A stretch of 63,414 nt of DNA, filler included, from Chiloscyllium plagiosum (GCF_004010195.1; 5 parts of one record of this genome joined end to end with filler, not necessarily neighbours in it); one strand, 5' to 3'; numbered from the whole stretch's first letter, positions 39,628-53,440 are shown. Notes: generated by a model from the sequence alone, not told the origin. Numbers and translations: made by a program.

Positions 39628-39717
39628 CTCACTGAGATACACAATAAATGAACATACAGTTCCATTGACACCATATTTTGCATAGCAAGGTTCAGATTTC
39701 CACATCTCTTGCATCCA
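39628..39717 (-). CDS. MGAT5-like alpha-1,6-mannosylglycoprotein 6-beta-GlcNAc transferase, internal exon (90 bp)
   Basis: ag|TGG...GAG|gtatg; WMQEMWKSEPCYAKYGVNGTVCSFIVYLSE, homologous to recalled MGAT5 WMKDMWRSDPCYADYGVDGSTCSFFIYLSE. Confidence 0.92.
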
Positions 39718-40734
39718 CTTGAGCAAATATAAAGTGAGAAGAAAATTATAATCGCAAGTGTTCAGTATTAAGATTTATTACATTCGTGTTTGCTAATTTG
39801 AAAAGAATCCTTTATCATTAGCATCACTAGAAAAAGGTCAAAAATATAAAAATACATTGTAACATCTTACAAAAATAATCTTAAAACTTGGTTTCCACTC
39901 AGCTTTTTATCTTTTCTCCTTCAAATAAAGTTACTCAGATTTTGGCACTTTGTCCTACAGTTTTTAGATGATCCTTTAAAAAAGGTCCATTTGAATCCGC
40001 TTTTATAGTCAACCATTGCTCTGACATTAACTCCTGCTTATTTACTAATGATTTGTTATTAATAAATCCGTGCCCATCGTTATTTGTTTGAATCCCTTCA
40101 ATTTAGTCCCAGCATCATGACCAACCTAATCAAAGTCGACATTGAGAGAAATTGTAGGGCTTTTTCTGTGGATCATTCCATCATTTCCCTTCATTTATTT
40201 CCATGCTTACTTTGTGTTACAAACTTGATGATACCATCCTGCTCCATCACGTGTCTGCTATGTGGCATTGCACATACAGGGTTACTTCCTATTTATCTTA
40301 ATCAGCATATCTGCCTTGCCTCAAAGTTCTACCTTTGACCCTTTTCTATTCCTAATCCACGTTTCCCCTAGGTGATATTTTAATGAAGCATACAACCAGT
40401 TTTCTTGCGTATGCCAACCGACACCATGGTACTTTTTTACCATCCCTCTTGAATTGATGACTTGTCTTCCTGACTTCAAAACACAATTGTATCTGCATGG
40501 AGCGAAATTTAAGAGATGAGAATAGTGACTTCCCTTGATAACAAAGCAATATTTGACTGACTATGGAACCAAGGTTTTCCAGCAAAGTATTAGACAATTG
40601 GGATGAGGCAAAATTTTCCACCAGACATTGGTTGTGATTGTTAGAAGTCTTAGAATATTGCTGTAAAGTTCCTCAGAGCAGTGCCCCAAACTCAAGCATC
40701 TTGAGCAGCTTCATCATGATGTCAGAAGTGGGGG

Positions 40735-41156
40735 TCATAGAGGGATAGAGATGTACAGCATGGAAACAGACCCTTCCGGTCCAACCCGTCCATGCCAACC
40801 AGATATCCCAAACCAATCTAGTCCCACCTGCCAACACCCAGCCCATATCCCTCCAAACCCTTCCTATTCATATACCCATCCAAATGCCTCTTAAATGTTG
40901 CAATTGTACCAGCCTCCACCACTTCCTCTGGCAGCTCCTTCTATACACGAACCACCCTCTGTGTGAAAATGTTGCCCCTTAGGTCTCTTTTATATCTTTC
41001 CCCTCTCACCTCTAGTTCTGGACTCCCCGACCCTAGGGAAAAGACTTTGTCTATTTTCCCTATCTATGCCCCTCATAATTGTGGCAACATCCTTGTAAGT
41101 CTTTTCTGAACCCTTTCAAGTTTCACAACATCTTTCCGATAGGAAGGAGACCAGAA
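40735..41156 (-). mobile_element. CR1/HER1 3' end
   Basis: Reverse complement of the family 3' end. Confidence 0.9.
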
Positions 41157-41256
41157 NNNNNNNNNNNNNNNNNNNNNNNNNNNNNNNNNNNNNNNNNNNN
41201 TTAATTAATTAANNNNNNNNNNNNNNNNNNNNNNNNNNNNNNNNNNNNNNNNNNNN

Positions 41257-41700
41257 CCCTCACTGCACCAGAATCCCCCTCCCCGATTGGACCAAAATCT
41301 CCCTCCCCCACTGGAGCAGAATCTCCCTCTCTCACTGGACTAGAATCTCCCTTTCCCACTGGACCAAAATCTCCCTCTCCCACTGGACCAGAATCTCCCT
41401 TTCCCACTGGACCAGAATCTCCCTCCCCCACTGGACTAGAATCTCCCTCTCTCACTGGACTAGAATCTCCCTTTCCCACTGGACCAGAATCTCCCTCCCC
41501 CACTGGACTAGAATCTCCCTCGCTCACTGGACTAGAATCTCCCTTTCCCACTGGACCAGAATCTCCCTCTCTCACTGGACTAGAATCTCCCTTTCCCACT
41601 GGACCAGAATCTCCCTCTCTCACTGGACCAGAATCTCCCTTTCCCACTGGACCAGAATCCCTCTCTCCCACTGGACCAGAATCTCTCTCTCCCACTGGAC
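41257..41700 (+). repeat. 24-bp minisatellite (cactggaccagaatctccctttcc)
   Basis: About 18 tandem units with a few recurring variants. Confidence 0.95.
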
Positions 41701-42889
41701 CCGATCAGTGTATCTCCCCTCAGAACCTATCACTTACCACAGTCTCACTGCCGGGCACAACATCACTTTGCCCTGCCATTGACCCCAACATACTCTGAGC
41801 ACTCTATCACTTTCCTGGCTTCCTGTCACCTTACCCGCCTGGCACATTGACTTTCTTCTTACCTGGCACTCTACGCACCTGGGTCTTAACCCCACCCTTA
41901 CCTACATGCGTACTCTTTCACAGCAGCTGTCAATCTGGTTTACTGTGATGCTGGGCTTTTACATCAAAGAACTGAGTATCTATTGCCCCGATAAAGGGGG
42001 CATGGTTTGACTTCCTTTGCCCTGAGTATTCTGGACTATGAAAGTATTGTTGGATCTCAGGTCCACTCTGCAGTTCAGAAGGAGCTGAGGTCAGGATTAC
42101 TGGGGAGGAGTACTAAGCTCCAGCCTCATGCAAAAATACCATGGAGTGGCAATCTGACTGCGATCTGAATATCTGGGTCATTATATGTTATGGAAACAGA
42201 CACTAGTGCAGACCAACTGGTTTTTGTATATGCAGCCTGCAAGTCCCAGGCAGACTGGCTGGCAGGGCAGAGTATGTACAATATCAGGAGTTCTGAAAGA
42301 TGAAGTTTCTTAAAAGCAAGATACACATACAATGTCCCTCTTCTGTTCAAAGCAATATTTGTCTTTGTACAGGAGTAATGGAGCTTATGAGTCTCTATAA
42401 CATGTAAGATCTTTGTTGCTCCATTGAGATGTCATGATGGTGGCTTATGCATCTGATCTAGCCATTGCTATTGGTGTTTTCATATGCTTTTGGTGTATAT
42501 AGGGAAGACAATGGTGAAAGAGAGTGCAATTACAAAGCTATCAACAAGAATAGCAACTTCCAGTGGTTACCACGCAGTCTCTCAAGAGAAAAGCAGCAGA
42601 GATGAGCCCTGTAGATGTGGACAAGGACAAGCTTCAAATCTACTAAATTCCATATTTGGTGTGAGGTTAAGGTCTCTCTTTCCCGTTCTCCTTGCCAGAT
42701 GTCCATGTGCAAATCCAGCAGGCACTGCGTGTGTGTGGAATCTGGGTATCCACAGCAGCCAGACTGTCCACAGAATAAACCTCACCTACGCATACTGGAC
42801 ATATAGTTTGGTATACATAGCATTGGTGGACTCCTCCACCCGTTGATCCAGTTTACTGATCATCTCTGTCAAACCTGCCTGTCTGTACA

Positions 42890-43660
42890 GGCAGTAAGGC
42901 AAAAGATGGGAAATTATAGACCAATCAGACTGTTCCATAAGAGTCAGTGTTGGGACCACAACTTTTCATTTTAATCCAGTTTACTGATCATCTCTGTCAA
43001 ACCTGCCTGTCTGTACAGGCAGTAAGGCAAAAGATGGGAAATTATAGACCAATCAGACTGACCTCAGTCGTTGATAAGATTTTGAAATCCATCGTGAAGG
43101 ATGAGATTTCTGAATACTTGGAAATGCATGGTAAAATAGGGCAAAGTCAACATGGTTTCATCAAGGGGAGGTCATGCCTGACAAATCTGTTGGAATTCTT
43201 TTAGGAGGCAACTAGCGGGTTAGACCAAGGAGAGTCAATGGATGTTGTCTACCTGAACTTCCAGAAGGCCTTTGACAAGGTGCCACACAGGAGGCTACTG
43301 TGTAAAATAAGGGCCCATGGTGTTAGAGGCAAAATACTGGCTTGGATAGAAGCTTGGCTGTCTGGTAGAAAGCAGAGTGTGGGGATAAAAGAGTCCTTCT
43401 CAGAATGGAAACCATTGACTAGTGGTGTTCCATAAGAGTCAGTGTTGGGACCACAACTTTTCATTTTATATGTTAATGATTTGGATGAAGACACTGATGG
43501 CATAATCAAGAACAGAGATAGATGAGTTCTGATTGCCAAGGGGATCAAAGGTTAGGGGAGAAAATGGGAAAATGGGGTTGAAAAACCTATCAACCATGAT
43601 TGAATGGTGGAACGGACTCGCTTGGCTGAATGGCCTAATTTCGGTTCCCATGACTTATGG
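42890..43660 (+). mobile_element. CR1 fragment with internal deletion and local rearrangement
   Basis: GNYRPI.LTS, QHGF, FQKAFDKVPH, SGVP motifs, then 3' tail. Confidence 0.85.
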
Positions 43661-43974
43661 TCTCATGGTCTATTTTGACAGTTATTAATGGCCAGGACCA
43701 TGAGATCATCTTCTACCTGGGATTGCGCAGGAGCCTGTTCTTTGGCATTCCTCTGAACGACAGAGACTTGGGGCATTTCTTCATCAAACAGCTGTGGACA
43801 CATGACAGAAATATGGTCACCAGTTTGCTCTCCCAAATGTAACTTTGGAGAAAATACCCACTGTGGTGGATGTCTTTGAACTGGTGGAGAGTGTGGGTGA
43901 AAGCCTCATCATTGCACCCTCTGAGGGTTCACTGGTGACCTGCTTCGCAGTGGCGTTTCAATAGAATAGACCTT

Positions 43975-44305
43975 CATAGAACCTCTACAGTGTGGAAATG
44001 GGCCATTAGGCCCAACAAGTCCACATTGATCCTCGGAAGAGTAACTCACCGAGACACATTCCCCTACCCTATTACTGTACATTTACCCCTGGCTAATGCA
44101 CCTAATGTCCACATCCCTGAACACTATGGGCAATTTAGCATTGCCAATTCACCTAACCTGCAAATCTTTGGACTGTGGGAGGAAACCCATGCAGACACGG
44201 GGAGAATGTACAAACTCCACACAGACAGTCGTCCGAGGGCGGAATCGAACCTGGGTCCCATATGCTGTGAGGCAGCAGTGCTAACCACCCTGCCACCGTA
44301 CTGCC
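43975..44305 (-). mobile_element. HE1/V-SINE
   Basis: Family consensus match. Confidence 0.9.
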
Positions 44306-44884
44306 CCAGTTGGAGCTGAGAGTTGGTGGTGCCAGGGAGGAAGTTCATTGGGTGCCACTAGAACCTGTATAAAAGAACAGATGGAATTAGTTATACATAA
44401 GAGATAAAAGCTTGTGTAGACTAAAGATGAGTTTGCACTGGTGTTAATGGGAGAACAGTTCTGTGCAGCACAATGGAGGGTTCACTGAGTTGGTGGCCAT
44501 GGAGGTCTCTGTATGCCCATATGAGTGGTCACTCTGCTGTCCCTGCTGCTCGTGTGGTGCAACAACCCTTATGTCTGCCACCTCATGCACATCTTGGCCT
44601 CCTCAGCCTTTTGTGAGGGTTGAGTACCTTTAGAGGTAACACAAGAGTGATGGTTTGGTGTTTCCAGTGATCGAGTAAGAAGTACAGAGGGGATGAAGGG
44701 TTAGTACCTTTGGGGGGGTGGCTGGGTGTGGGGGGGGGGGGGGATGTTGAATAAGATGAGTGAAAGCCATTGAGTGGACATGCTTCAAATTAGAGTACAT
44801 GAGCCTTGGTGAGAGCTATGTGCAGTGACAGAGCTACAGTGAGCGGTGGCCTTGTGACTTTGAGGCAGCAGAAACAAAATGGTG

Positions 44885-45110
44885 GCACCTACCTTTGCAG
44901 AGCACGGAAGGTCATTAACTTTCTTCCTTCCCGTTATATGTTGTGTTGTGTCACCTGGGCCACTACACCGAGTCAGGCCGCTATCTCAGTTCAGGCTGGA
45001 TAAATCTGGTGGTGCCGTCTGGTTGCTGGTCAGAGGAGAAAAGCATCACCCTCAGCTCCACTGTCCTGTACACTAGGGCCTTCAAATCTCTCTCAGCAAA
45101 GCAGCTATGA
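44885..45110 (-). mobile_element. Decayed PIF/Harbinger Myb/SANT gene remnant
   Basis: Minus-strand remnants DLKALV...LF...RKKVNDL resemble Harbinger Myb/SANT proteins; frameshifted. Confidence 0.45.
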
Positions 45111-45769
45111 GCTTTCCTTTCTCAGCATTTCTGGGTCTGAAGTGCGGTGTAGCTGCAGTTTAAATATAGTCATTGACAGGAACATCGCAAAGACACTGAA
45201 GTGCTGGGAATCTCTGCCTCTTGTGTTACATGATTCTATGAGATGGGTACTGAAGGAGCTAGTTCTATACTTAAAACCTGAAGAGCAGCAGATTACATGA
45301 GAAAAGTCAAGATGGACCAGAGTGGACGAGGCGCCAAGTGTCTCAAAATACTTTGTAAAAAGTGGGAAAATTCAGCCCTCTGTGAAATGGGCAGAGTCAG
45401 GAATAGAGTGAGGAGAAGGAGAGATAGTTAATTTTCCATTCAAAATCAACTCAGTTTTAAAATACTTATGTGTATTTGGTCTGTTCAATGAATATATTTA
45501 TGTGGGATACCTTAAAATGGATGTCAGATAATTTTTGCTCACTCTTACCGATGTCAAATCTGTTCTATGCTATGGCTCCACCATGCGGTTCAAAACCAAA
45601 CTGCAGCCTAGATGATAGTAATCTCGCACTTTCTGAAGGTCGGATGTTTGCTGTTGAAATTTTGCTTTCTTTTCTTATTACCCAATCTCAGAGTTCAAAG
45701 TTATGCAAGACATTATAAAGGCCAACTGCACATTAAGTTAGGCTATTTTATAAGGTAAGAACACATGAT

Positions 45770-47060
45770 GTTGGAGATAGTACATTAGCATGTATAAAAG
45801 ATTGGTTAAGACAAAGCAGAGAGTTAGGATGAGAGGTGCATTTTCAAGATGGCAACCTGAAATTAATAGAGTGCCACAATTATTTACAGCAGATACTAAT
45901 GACTTGGATAAGGAAAGTGATTGCACTATAGCCAAGATTATGGATGATAAAAAAAAAACTTGGAAGGCATGTACTGAAGATGCCACAAGGAGTCTGAAGA
46001 AGGATATAGATAAGTGAAGTGAGTGGGCGAAAGCTTGGCAGAAGGAATATAATGTGGGAAACTGTAATGTTCTGCACTTCGGTAGGAAGAACAGAAGAGC
46101 TGAACATTATGTAGATGCATGAAGCTACAGCACAGAAAAATTGGCAATTCTTGTGCATAAAGGAAATGGAGTATAAAAATAAAGTTTTCCTGATTAGATT
46201 TCCTACAGTATGGAAATAGGCCCTTCAGCCCAACAAGTCCACACTGACCCTCCAATGAGTAACCCATCCAGACCCATTCCCCTATCCTATACTTCCCCCT
46301 GCCTAATGCACATAACACCATGGGCAATTTAGCATGGCCAACTCACCTGACCTACACATCTTTGGATTGTGATAGAAAGTGAGAACACCCAGAGGAAATC
46401 CGCACATTCACGGGGAGAATATGCAAACTCCACACAGTCGCCCGAGACGGGAATTGAACCCAGGTCTCTAGCACTGTGCCACACTCTGTAAAACTGTACA
46501 AGGTACTAGTCAGACTACAGCTGGACTACTGTAAACATTTTTGACTCCCTATCTAAGGAAAGATATATTGGCATTGAAGGCAGTCCAGAGAAAGTTCACT
46601 AGTTGATCCTAGATATGGAGGGACTGTCTTGTGAGGAGAGGTTGAGTAGATTAGGACAGTACTCATTGGAGTTTAGAAAAATGAGAGGTGACATAATTGA
46701 AACATACACGATTCTGAGGAAACTTGACAGGGTAGACACAGAAAAGTTGTTTCCCCTTGTGGGAGAGTCTAAGACCAGAGGACATCAATCTCAAAATATT
46801 GAGTCACCAACATTAGACAGAGGTGAGGAGGGTTTTTTTTTTCTTTCAGAAGGTAGAGAATTTGAAGAAATGTTTACAGCAGACAGCTGTTGAGGTTGTG
46901 GTTCAAGGCTGCTATAGACAGATTTGTAATTAGTAAAGGGAATCAAAGGCTCTGGGAAAAAGGCAGGAGAGTGGATTTGAGGATTATCAGATCAGTCATG
47001 ATGTCATTGAATAGCAGAGCAGACTTGATGGGCTGAGTGGTCTATTTTTGCTTCTACATC
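45770..47060 (+). mobile_element. Old CR1 fragment, interrupted by V-SINE at ~46193-46482 (-)
   Basis: EWAKAWQ.EYNVG.C.VLHFG, RL..YSLEFR.MRGD motifs; nested SINE. Confidence 0.8.
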
Positions 47061-49259
47061 TTCAACGCTGACAGGGGTTCAGTTTGAAAGTTTTCTCGTA
47101 TTAAATCAGCAATGGGAAATTTTGGTTAGACTTTCCAAGGCATCTGCCCAGATGCAAAGTGAGATATGATAATAGTCTGCTTCAAAGAAAAGTGGTCAGA
47201 ATAAAGTCAGCTTGAAGCATGTGTCACGGAAATAGGTTTCATCATTTTCTGACATTGTGAGATAGGCCAGATTGCTTCAGGGATTAGTGAGGAATTCCCT
47301 CCTTCCAGTTTGTCAGAGGTACAATGTCAGTTATATTAGTTGGCATACATCACAAGATAATAATTAACAACACCAATAATAAAAATGTTCATGAAAAACC
47401 TTGGTATGGAAAAAGCTATAATTTTTTTTGGTTTGTTGCTGTCTTCACAACTGTTTGGAAGATCTTCCACGTCTAAAGTGCCTGATGTGGATATACATTC
47501 AGAATATTTTTGGTATCTTTATTTACAATCAACCATAGTAATCTTTATCCAAACATGATGATTATTCAAGTGGGCCTGGTATTCAACAAATGAAACTTAA
47601 AAAATCTTGATCCTTAGAGGAGGTTCTCTACAATGTACATTCACATAAGTGAACACAAATATCACAAGCAGACAGGCACAATGACACACAATCACAACAT
47701 GCACACACAACCACGCATTTACAGGCTCAAAGTAATGCAGGGACATACATGAAATACAAATTGCAGCCATACACAATGTGTATGCCTGTGGCCTTTTGGC
47801 ATATTCCTGTGATATTAGGTTGCTCAGCATGTGAATCCACAAACAAAATGCCAGTGTTTGCTCTTTAGTCTCTTCTCATAGCGATTGCAGGTTGAATGCC
47901 ACCAGAGGTGGATTGAAGCTTTCAAGTGAGCAATAAATTGAGGAGTAGACATGAGCCTTGCCATCCTGGAATTAATAAGGATATCAGTGAGAAAACGACA
48001 ATATCCCTACATGACAGCCTTCATCTGATTAAGTACTAATCACGTCTCTAAACATTCAATTTTGCCTGAAATTTCCATATAAGATCAATACCTTTGAAAT
48101 GGGGAAATATTTCATACAAACTCAAGATATATAATTATTATTCTGGTAACCTGAAGAAAGCACCAATCACTTTGGCATGACTGGAACATCTCAGAATCGC
48201 TGAAGCAAGAAGTAGACTGGCATCTAATGTGATAAAGAAAAACTCATTTAAATCCTTGAAGGAATTAAATCAGTTTAGTTTGAAATTAAATAATATCAGT
48301 TTATTGGCACAGAAAATCAAAAAAAAAATCAGGTTCTAAAAGAGAACTTGGATGATTGGCATATTATCTCTACATTTCTTTATACTTTATACTTAAACAT
48401 CTCCAAACTGTTGCCTTGAAATTGGGAGGACATGGGGATAGAAAGTCAGATAAAGTGTACAGGGAATCATAGAATCTCTATAGTGCAGTAGAGGCCATTT
48501 GGCCCATTGAATCTGCGCCGACCCTCCGAAGAGCATCCCACACTACCCCTAGCACATGGTGGTTCAAAATGTGGTGCAAAATCAAAGTCCACTAGATTCC
48601 TATGGTCCTGTAAATTCTAATCAAAGGGAGGGTGAATGAATTTTCTTTCTGCTTCATGTGAAAAGAAGCACCAAGATCCCAGGCCACAGTGGATAGGTTA
48701 CCTTCAGTAAGCTCATGATAGTTGCAGGCTCCCAATTCATCACATGTGGGCAAATACATTGTGAACATTAACTTTTAGATCCTATGGATGAATGGTGGGG
48801 AACTCCCTGACATGGAAGACTTGCCTCAGTTTAAAAGATCCCATTAGATCCAATTTTCAGAGTGGGGAAGCGAGGGTAGATAAGAGTAGGGCCCACCAAT
48901 TTTGGAAGAACACCATAGGCAATCATGGAGAGGGTGAGCACTGAATCTGGCTAGTTAAAGAGCTCAAGTTAAATAGCTTGTTTTTGTCCCAGCTGTTTTA
49001 GAAGCTGTTAGGTCCTCTAGCCCTCACTCCTCAGACACCATCACCCTGTCATGCCAACCACCACAACCTCTCTATGGCAATTCATGTCTTTCACCACCAC
49101 ATACCCTCAATGCACCATGACTATTACCCTATGCCCCCTCATACTCCATCCCAAATCATTTCCGTAGCGACTCATCCAGAATTCATCTTGAGCAAACCTC
49201 TGCAGCTGGAGCAAGAGTAAACACCAAACAGTCTAACATAGCTTTCAAACACACATAAG

Positions 49260-49556
49260 GGTGGCTCAGCAGTTAGCATTGCTGCCTCACAGCGCCAGGG
49301 ACCCAGGTTTGAATCCCGCCTCGGTCACCCGTCTGTGTGGAGTTTGCACATTATTGCCATGTCTGTGCAGATTTCCTCCCACAATCCAAAGATGTGCAGG
49401 TCAGGTGAATTGGCAATGCGAAATTGCCCATGGTGTTAGGTGTGTTAGTCAGGGGTAAATATAGGGTTGGGGAATGGGTTTGGATGGGTTTCTGTTTGGA
49501 GGGTCAGTGTGGACTTGTTAGGCTGAAGGGCCTGTTTCCATACTGTAGGGAATCTA
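49260..49556 (+). mobile_element. HE1/V-SINE
   Basis: Family consensus, plus orientation. Confidence 0.9.
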
Positions 49557-50789
49557 AAATAATATCCATTTGTGAAACCTATTCAAAGGGAGGCAACGTC
49601 CCATTTTCACTTAATTTTTTCTGTCAAGTGAGATTCACTTTTCGGAATGCCTTTTCTCATGCAATCCTCTGCTATTTACCTCATTAATAATGCAACTGGG
49701 TTCCTGATTGACTTTCTGGTGAAATCACATGGCTGGAGAGGCCAGACCTTCAAGTGTACCCTCGGTATCCTCTGATTTATAGGTCAGGAATTTCTGCTAT
49801 TTAGTTTCTCAGGGAATGGTGGAGAATTGGAAATGGCAAAGAAATAATACATAATTGCACTTTAATGAGATGCAAATGCATGAAATTAAGTTTGTCATCA
49901 CTCATTGGCCAGATCCTGAAGTCTCCATTTACGGTTTGAGGGAAAAATTGTAAAATTTTCTCTCATGTTTGCGTGCTGGTTATTTTCATTGACTCCATAT
50001 TTTTCTCACCTTTCTCACCATTATTCCTGTCACAACAGGAAGGGGTACTTTCTAGACAAAGCATTTAACCTTTTCAAATATCTTTTAAAAACAAACAAAC
50101 TTCTAATCAGGGCCTCATTGAAGACCACTAATCCTTTAATAGCTTCTTTAAAGTATCAATCAAAATGTGAACGCAGAACACAAAACTAATATAACAGTAT
50201 ATTTTCAACCTTAACCAAGCATTCATGATGTTGTAATGATAGCCTTGGGAGATTTCAACAAGAAATCAATCAAACTGCACAACCAGACCAATGTTTTTAA
50301 TCCATCTTATAGCAGAGCACTTGCCAATCAAATAATTGGTGTATTTGTTTTTTTCTCTGACAGCTTAAGCCTATTTCTAATTTAAAAGTTTCAAATGCAG
50401 GAGATTCAAAAAATTTCAGATCAGAACACTTAAACAGATTTCATCCACCCTTTAAGCATGCTTAAATCTACTTCATCCATTCATGGTTCCAACTTTTGAG
50501 ATCTATGACCGACTAAAATGGGATCTGTTTGACTCAGCACTAACATAAAATGGCTCTGCTGATTTTGGGTTTCCCTCCTATGTAGTGTCTACCCAGTTCC
50601 TTTCCAATGTTGACAAAGCATGGATCTGTTGGAAATGGAGGAGTAATTCCATTATACTGTCTTGCTGATTATTTTTGTCAGTCTGTGGAATCATCTTGAC
50701 TCTGTGCAAATTGTTCTCAGAGAGATTACAGAGCACAACACTGAACCAGCACTGGAAATAGTGATAATCAAATTATTAACACAAATGTC

Positions 50790-52385
50790 TACAGCTTACT
50801 GCATTTAGAAATGCAAGCTCTGATTAGTAATAGCATGGCTTTGTGCATGAAAAATCCTATCTCCAAAACTTGATTGAGTTTTTTGAAGATGTGACCAAGA
50901 AGATGGATGAAGGCAGAACAGTAGACATTGTCTACATGGACTTTAACAAAGCCTTTGACAAGGTTCTGCATGGTAGACTGGTTAGTGGGGGTAGATCACA
51001 TGGAATCCAGGGAGAGCTAGGCAATTGGATACAAAATTGGCTTCACTGTAGGAAACAGAGGGTGGTGATAGAGTGTTGTTGATCAGACTGGAGGCATATG
51101 ATCAGCAGTGTGCTGCAAGGATTGGTGCTAGGTCTACTATTGTTTGTCATTTATATAAATGATTTGGATGAGAATGTAGAAGGCATAGTTAGTAAGTTTG
51201 CAGATGACACCAAAATTGGTGATAGAGTGGACAATGAAGGAGGTGTACAACAGGATTTTGATCAACTGGGCCAGTGGGCCAAGAAATGGCAGATGGAGTT
51301 TAATTTAAACAAATGCAAGGTATTGTAGTTTGGTCAGACAAACCAGGGTAGTACTCAGACAGTTAATGGCCGAGCCCTGGGGATTGTAATCAAACAGAGG
51401 GACCTATGAGTGCAAGTACACAGTTCCTTGGAAGTGGTGTTACAGGTAAACAGGGTGCTGAAGGCGGCATTTGGCACGCCTACCTTCATTGGTCAGAGCA
51501 CTGAGTGCAGTGCAGGTTTTCAGTCTAGGTATTATGTCCTTAAAATGCTGTGCAGTCTAAGAACTGAAGCTACAATACAAATAGCATGTTTAAAAACCTT
51601 ATTTAACATGTACAAATACATCTTTGACAGTGCGGAGGGCATAGAGGTTTGAATGAAATAATCTTTTGTAGTTACTCTGTTTAGCAAATTACATTAAGGA
51701 GCTCCCTTTCTTCTTACTTCTGTGTGCAGCATGTGAGCTTCTATACAGGTTACTGTCTCGTATTAACTTAAAAGGAATTGAAGATCCACCTCCTTCTTCC
51801 AGTTCTCAGGTGTTCTTCATTGGTTTGAGCATTGAGTACAGGAATTGGCACATTATGTTATGCCAATACATTGGCAAGGCCACATTTGGAGTACTGCATA
51901 CAACTCTAGTCGCCCAGCTATACTGATAATTTACAAGGACATTACTGGGACTGAAGGGTTTGAGTAATAAGGACAGGCTGGATCGGCTTGAATTTCTTTC
52001 CCTGTAGTGTAGAAGCTGAGAGGTGTACTTATTGAGGTTATAAAATCATGAGGTGCTTAGATAATGTGAATAGCCAAGGTCTTTTCCCTGGGGTACAGGA
52101 GTCCAAATGTAGAGGGCATAGGTTAAAGTGAGAGGGGAAAGATTTAAAAGGACCTGAGGAGCAACTTTTTCTCACAGATGGTGGTGCATATGTGGAACAA
52201 ACTGCCATAAGAATTGGTAAAGATAAATGCAATTACAGCACTTAAAAGACATTTGGACATGGATAGAAAAGGTGTAGAGGGATATGGGCAAAATGCAGGC
52301 AAATTGGACCAGTCCAGCTCAGTAAACATGGTCAGCATGGCCGAGTTGGCCGTAAGTTCTGTTTCTGTACTATATGACTCTACGA
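50790..52385 (+). mobile_element. CR1 LINE fragment (interrupted ~51510-51810)
   Basis: DFNKAFDKV, YINDLD, FADDTKIG motifs and 3' tail. Confidence 0.88.
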
Positions 52386-52394
52386 CTACTCCAT

Positions 52395-52680
52395 GACAGA
52401 AGTTCTGGCTTCAAGTCCTACTCCAGGAGATGAACACAAAATCAAGGTTGACGCTTTAGTGCTGTATTGAGGAAATATTGAAGGAATCCTGCAATGTTGG
52501 CAGTACCCGCTTTCAGAGCAGGTTCCTAGCTGCCTATTCTAGTTGATGTAAAAAATTGCTTGGTACTATTATGAAGTAGTGCCAAGGAGTTCTTCCTAAT
52601 GTCCTTGTCAATATTAATCCCTCAATCAATAACACAAAAATAAATGAATTGGTCATAATCATATTGTGGATTGTGAGACT
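52395..52680 (+). mobile_element. Ancient Deu-domain SINE (SacSINE1/AmnSINE1-like), continuing after CR1 insertion at ~53441
   Basis: gatgtaaaa...ggtactatt..gaag..ggagttct..cc..tgtcct..caatatt.atccctcaa resembles the recalled Deu core. Confidence 0.55.
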
Positions 52681-52682
52681 TT

Positions 52683-53440
52683 AGAGTCATAGAATCATGG
52701 AGATGTACAGCATGGAAACAGACCCTTCAGTCCAACCCGTCCATGCCGACCAGATATCCCAACCCAGTCTAGTCCCACTTGTCACCACCTGGCCCATAGC
52801 CCTCCAAACCCTTCCTATTCATATACTCATCCAAATGCCTCATAAATGTTGCAATTGTATCAGCTTCCACCACTTCCTCTGGCAGCTCATTCCATACACG
52901 TACCACCCTCTGCGTGAAAAAGTTGCCCCTTAGGTCCCTTTTATATCTTTCCCCTCTCACCCTAAACCTATGCCTTCTAGTTCTGGACTCCCCGACCCCA
53001 GGGAAAAGACTATGTCTATTTACCCTATCCATGCCCCTCATAATTTTGTAAACCTCTATAAGTTCACCTCTCAGTCTCCAACGCTCCAGGGAAAACAGCC
53101 CCAGCCTGTTCAGCCTCTCACTATAGCTCAAATCCTCCAATTTTGGCAACATCCTTGTAAATCTTTTCTGAACCCTTTCAAGTTTCACAAAATCTTGTTG
53201 ATAGGAAGGAGACCAGAACTGCACGCAATATTCCAACAGTGGCCTAACCAATGCCCTGTACAGCTGCAACATGACCTCCCAACTCCTGTACTCAATACCC
53301 TGACCAATAAAGGAAAGCATACCAAATGCCTTCTTCACTATCCTATCTACCTACGACTCCACTTTCAAGGAGCTATGAATCTGCACTCCAAGGTCTCTTT
53401 GTTCAGCAACACTCCCTAGGACCTTACCATTAAGTGTATA
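52683..53440 (-). mobile_element. Young CR1/HER1 3' fragment (189-aa ORF2 C-terminus open)
   Basis: ORF 52769-53338 is the CR1 ORF2 C-terminus. Confidence 0.93.

Noticed and set aside
41201..41695. Collagen- or mucin-like 164-aa ORF
   Set aside because: Translation of a 24-bp minisatellite running into an N gap; no Gly-X-Y period.
47398..47580. Exon-like AG...GT segment on the minus strand
   Set aside because: Stops in all frames and no recognisable homology.
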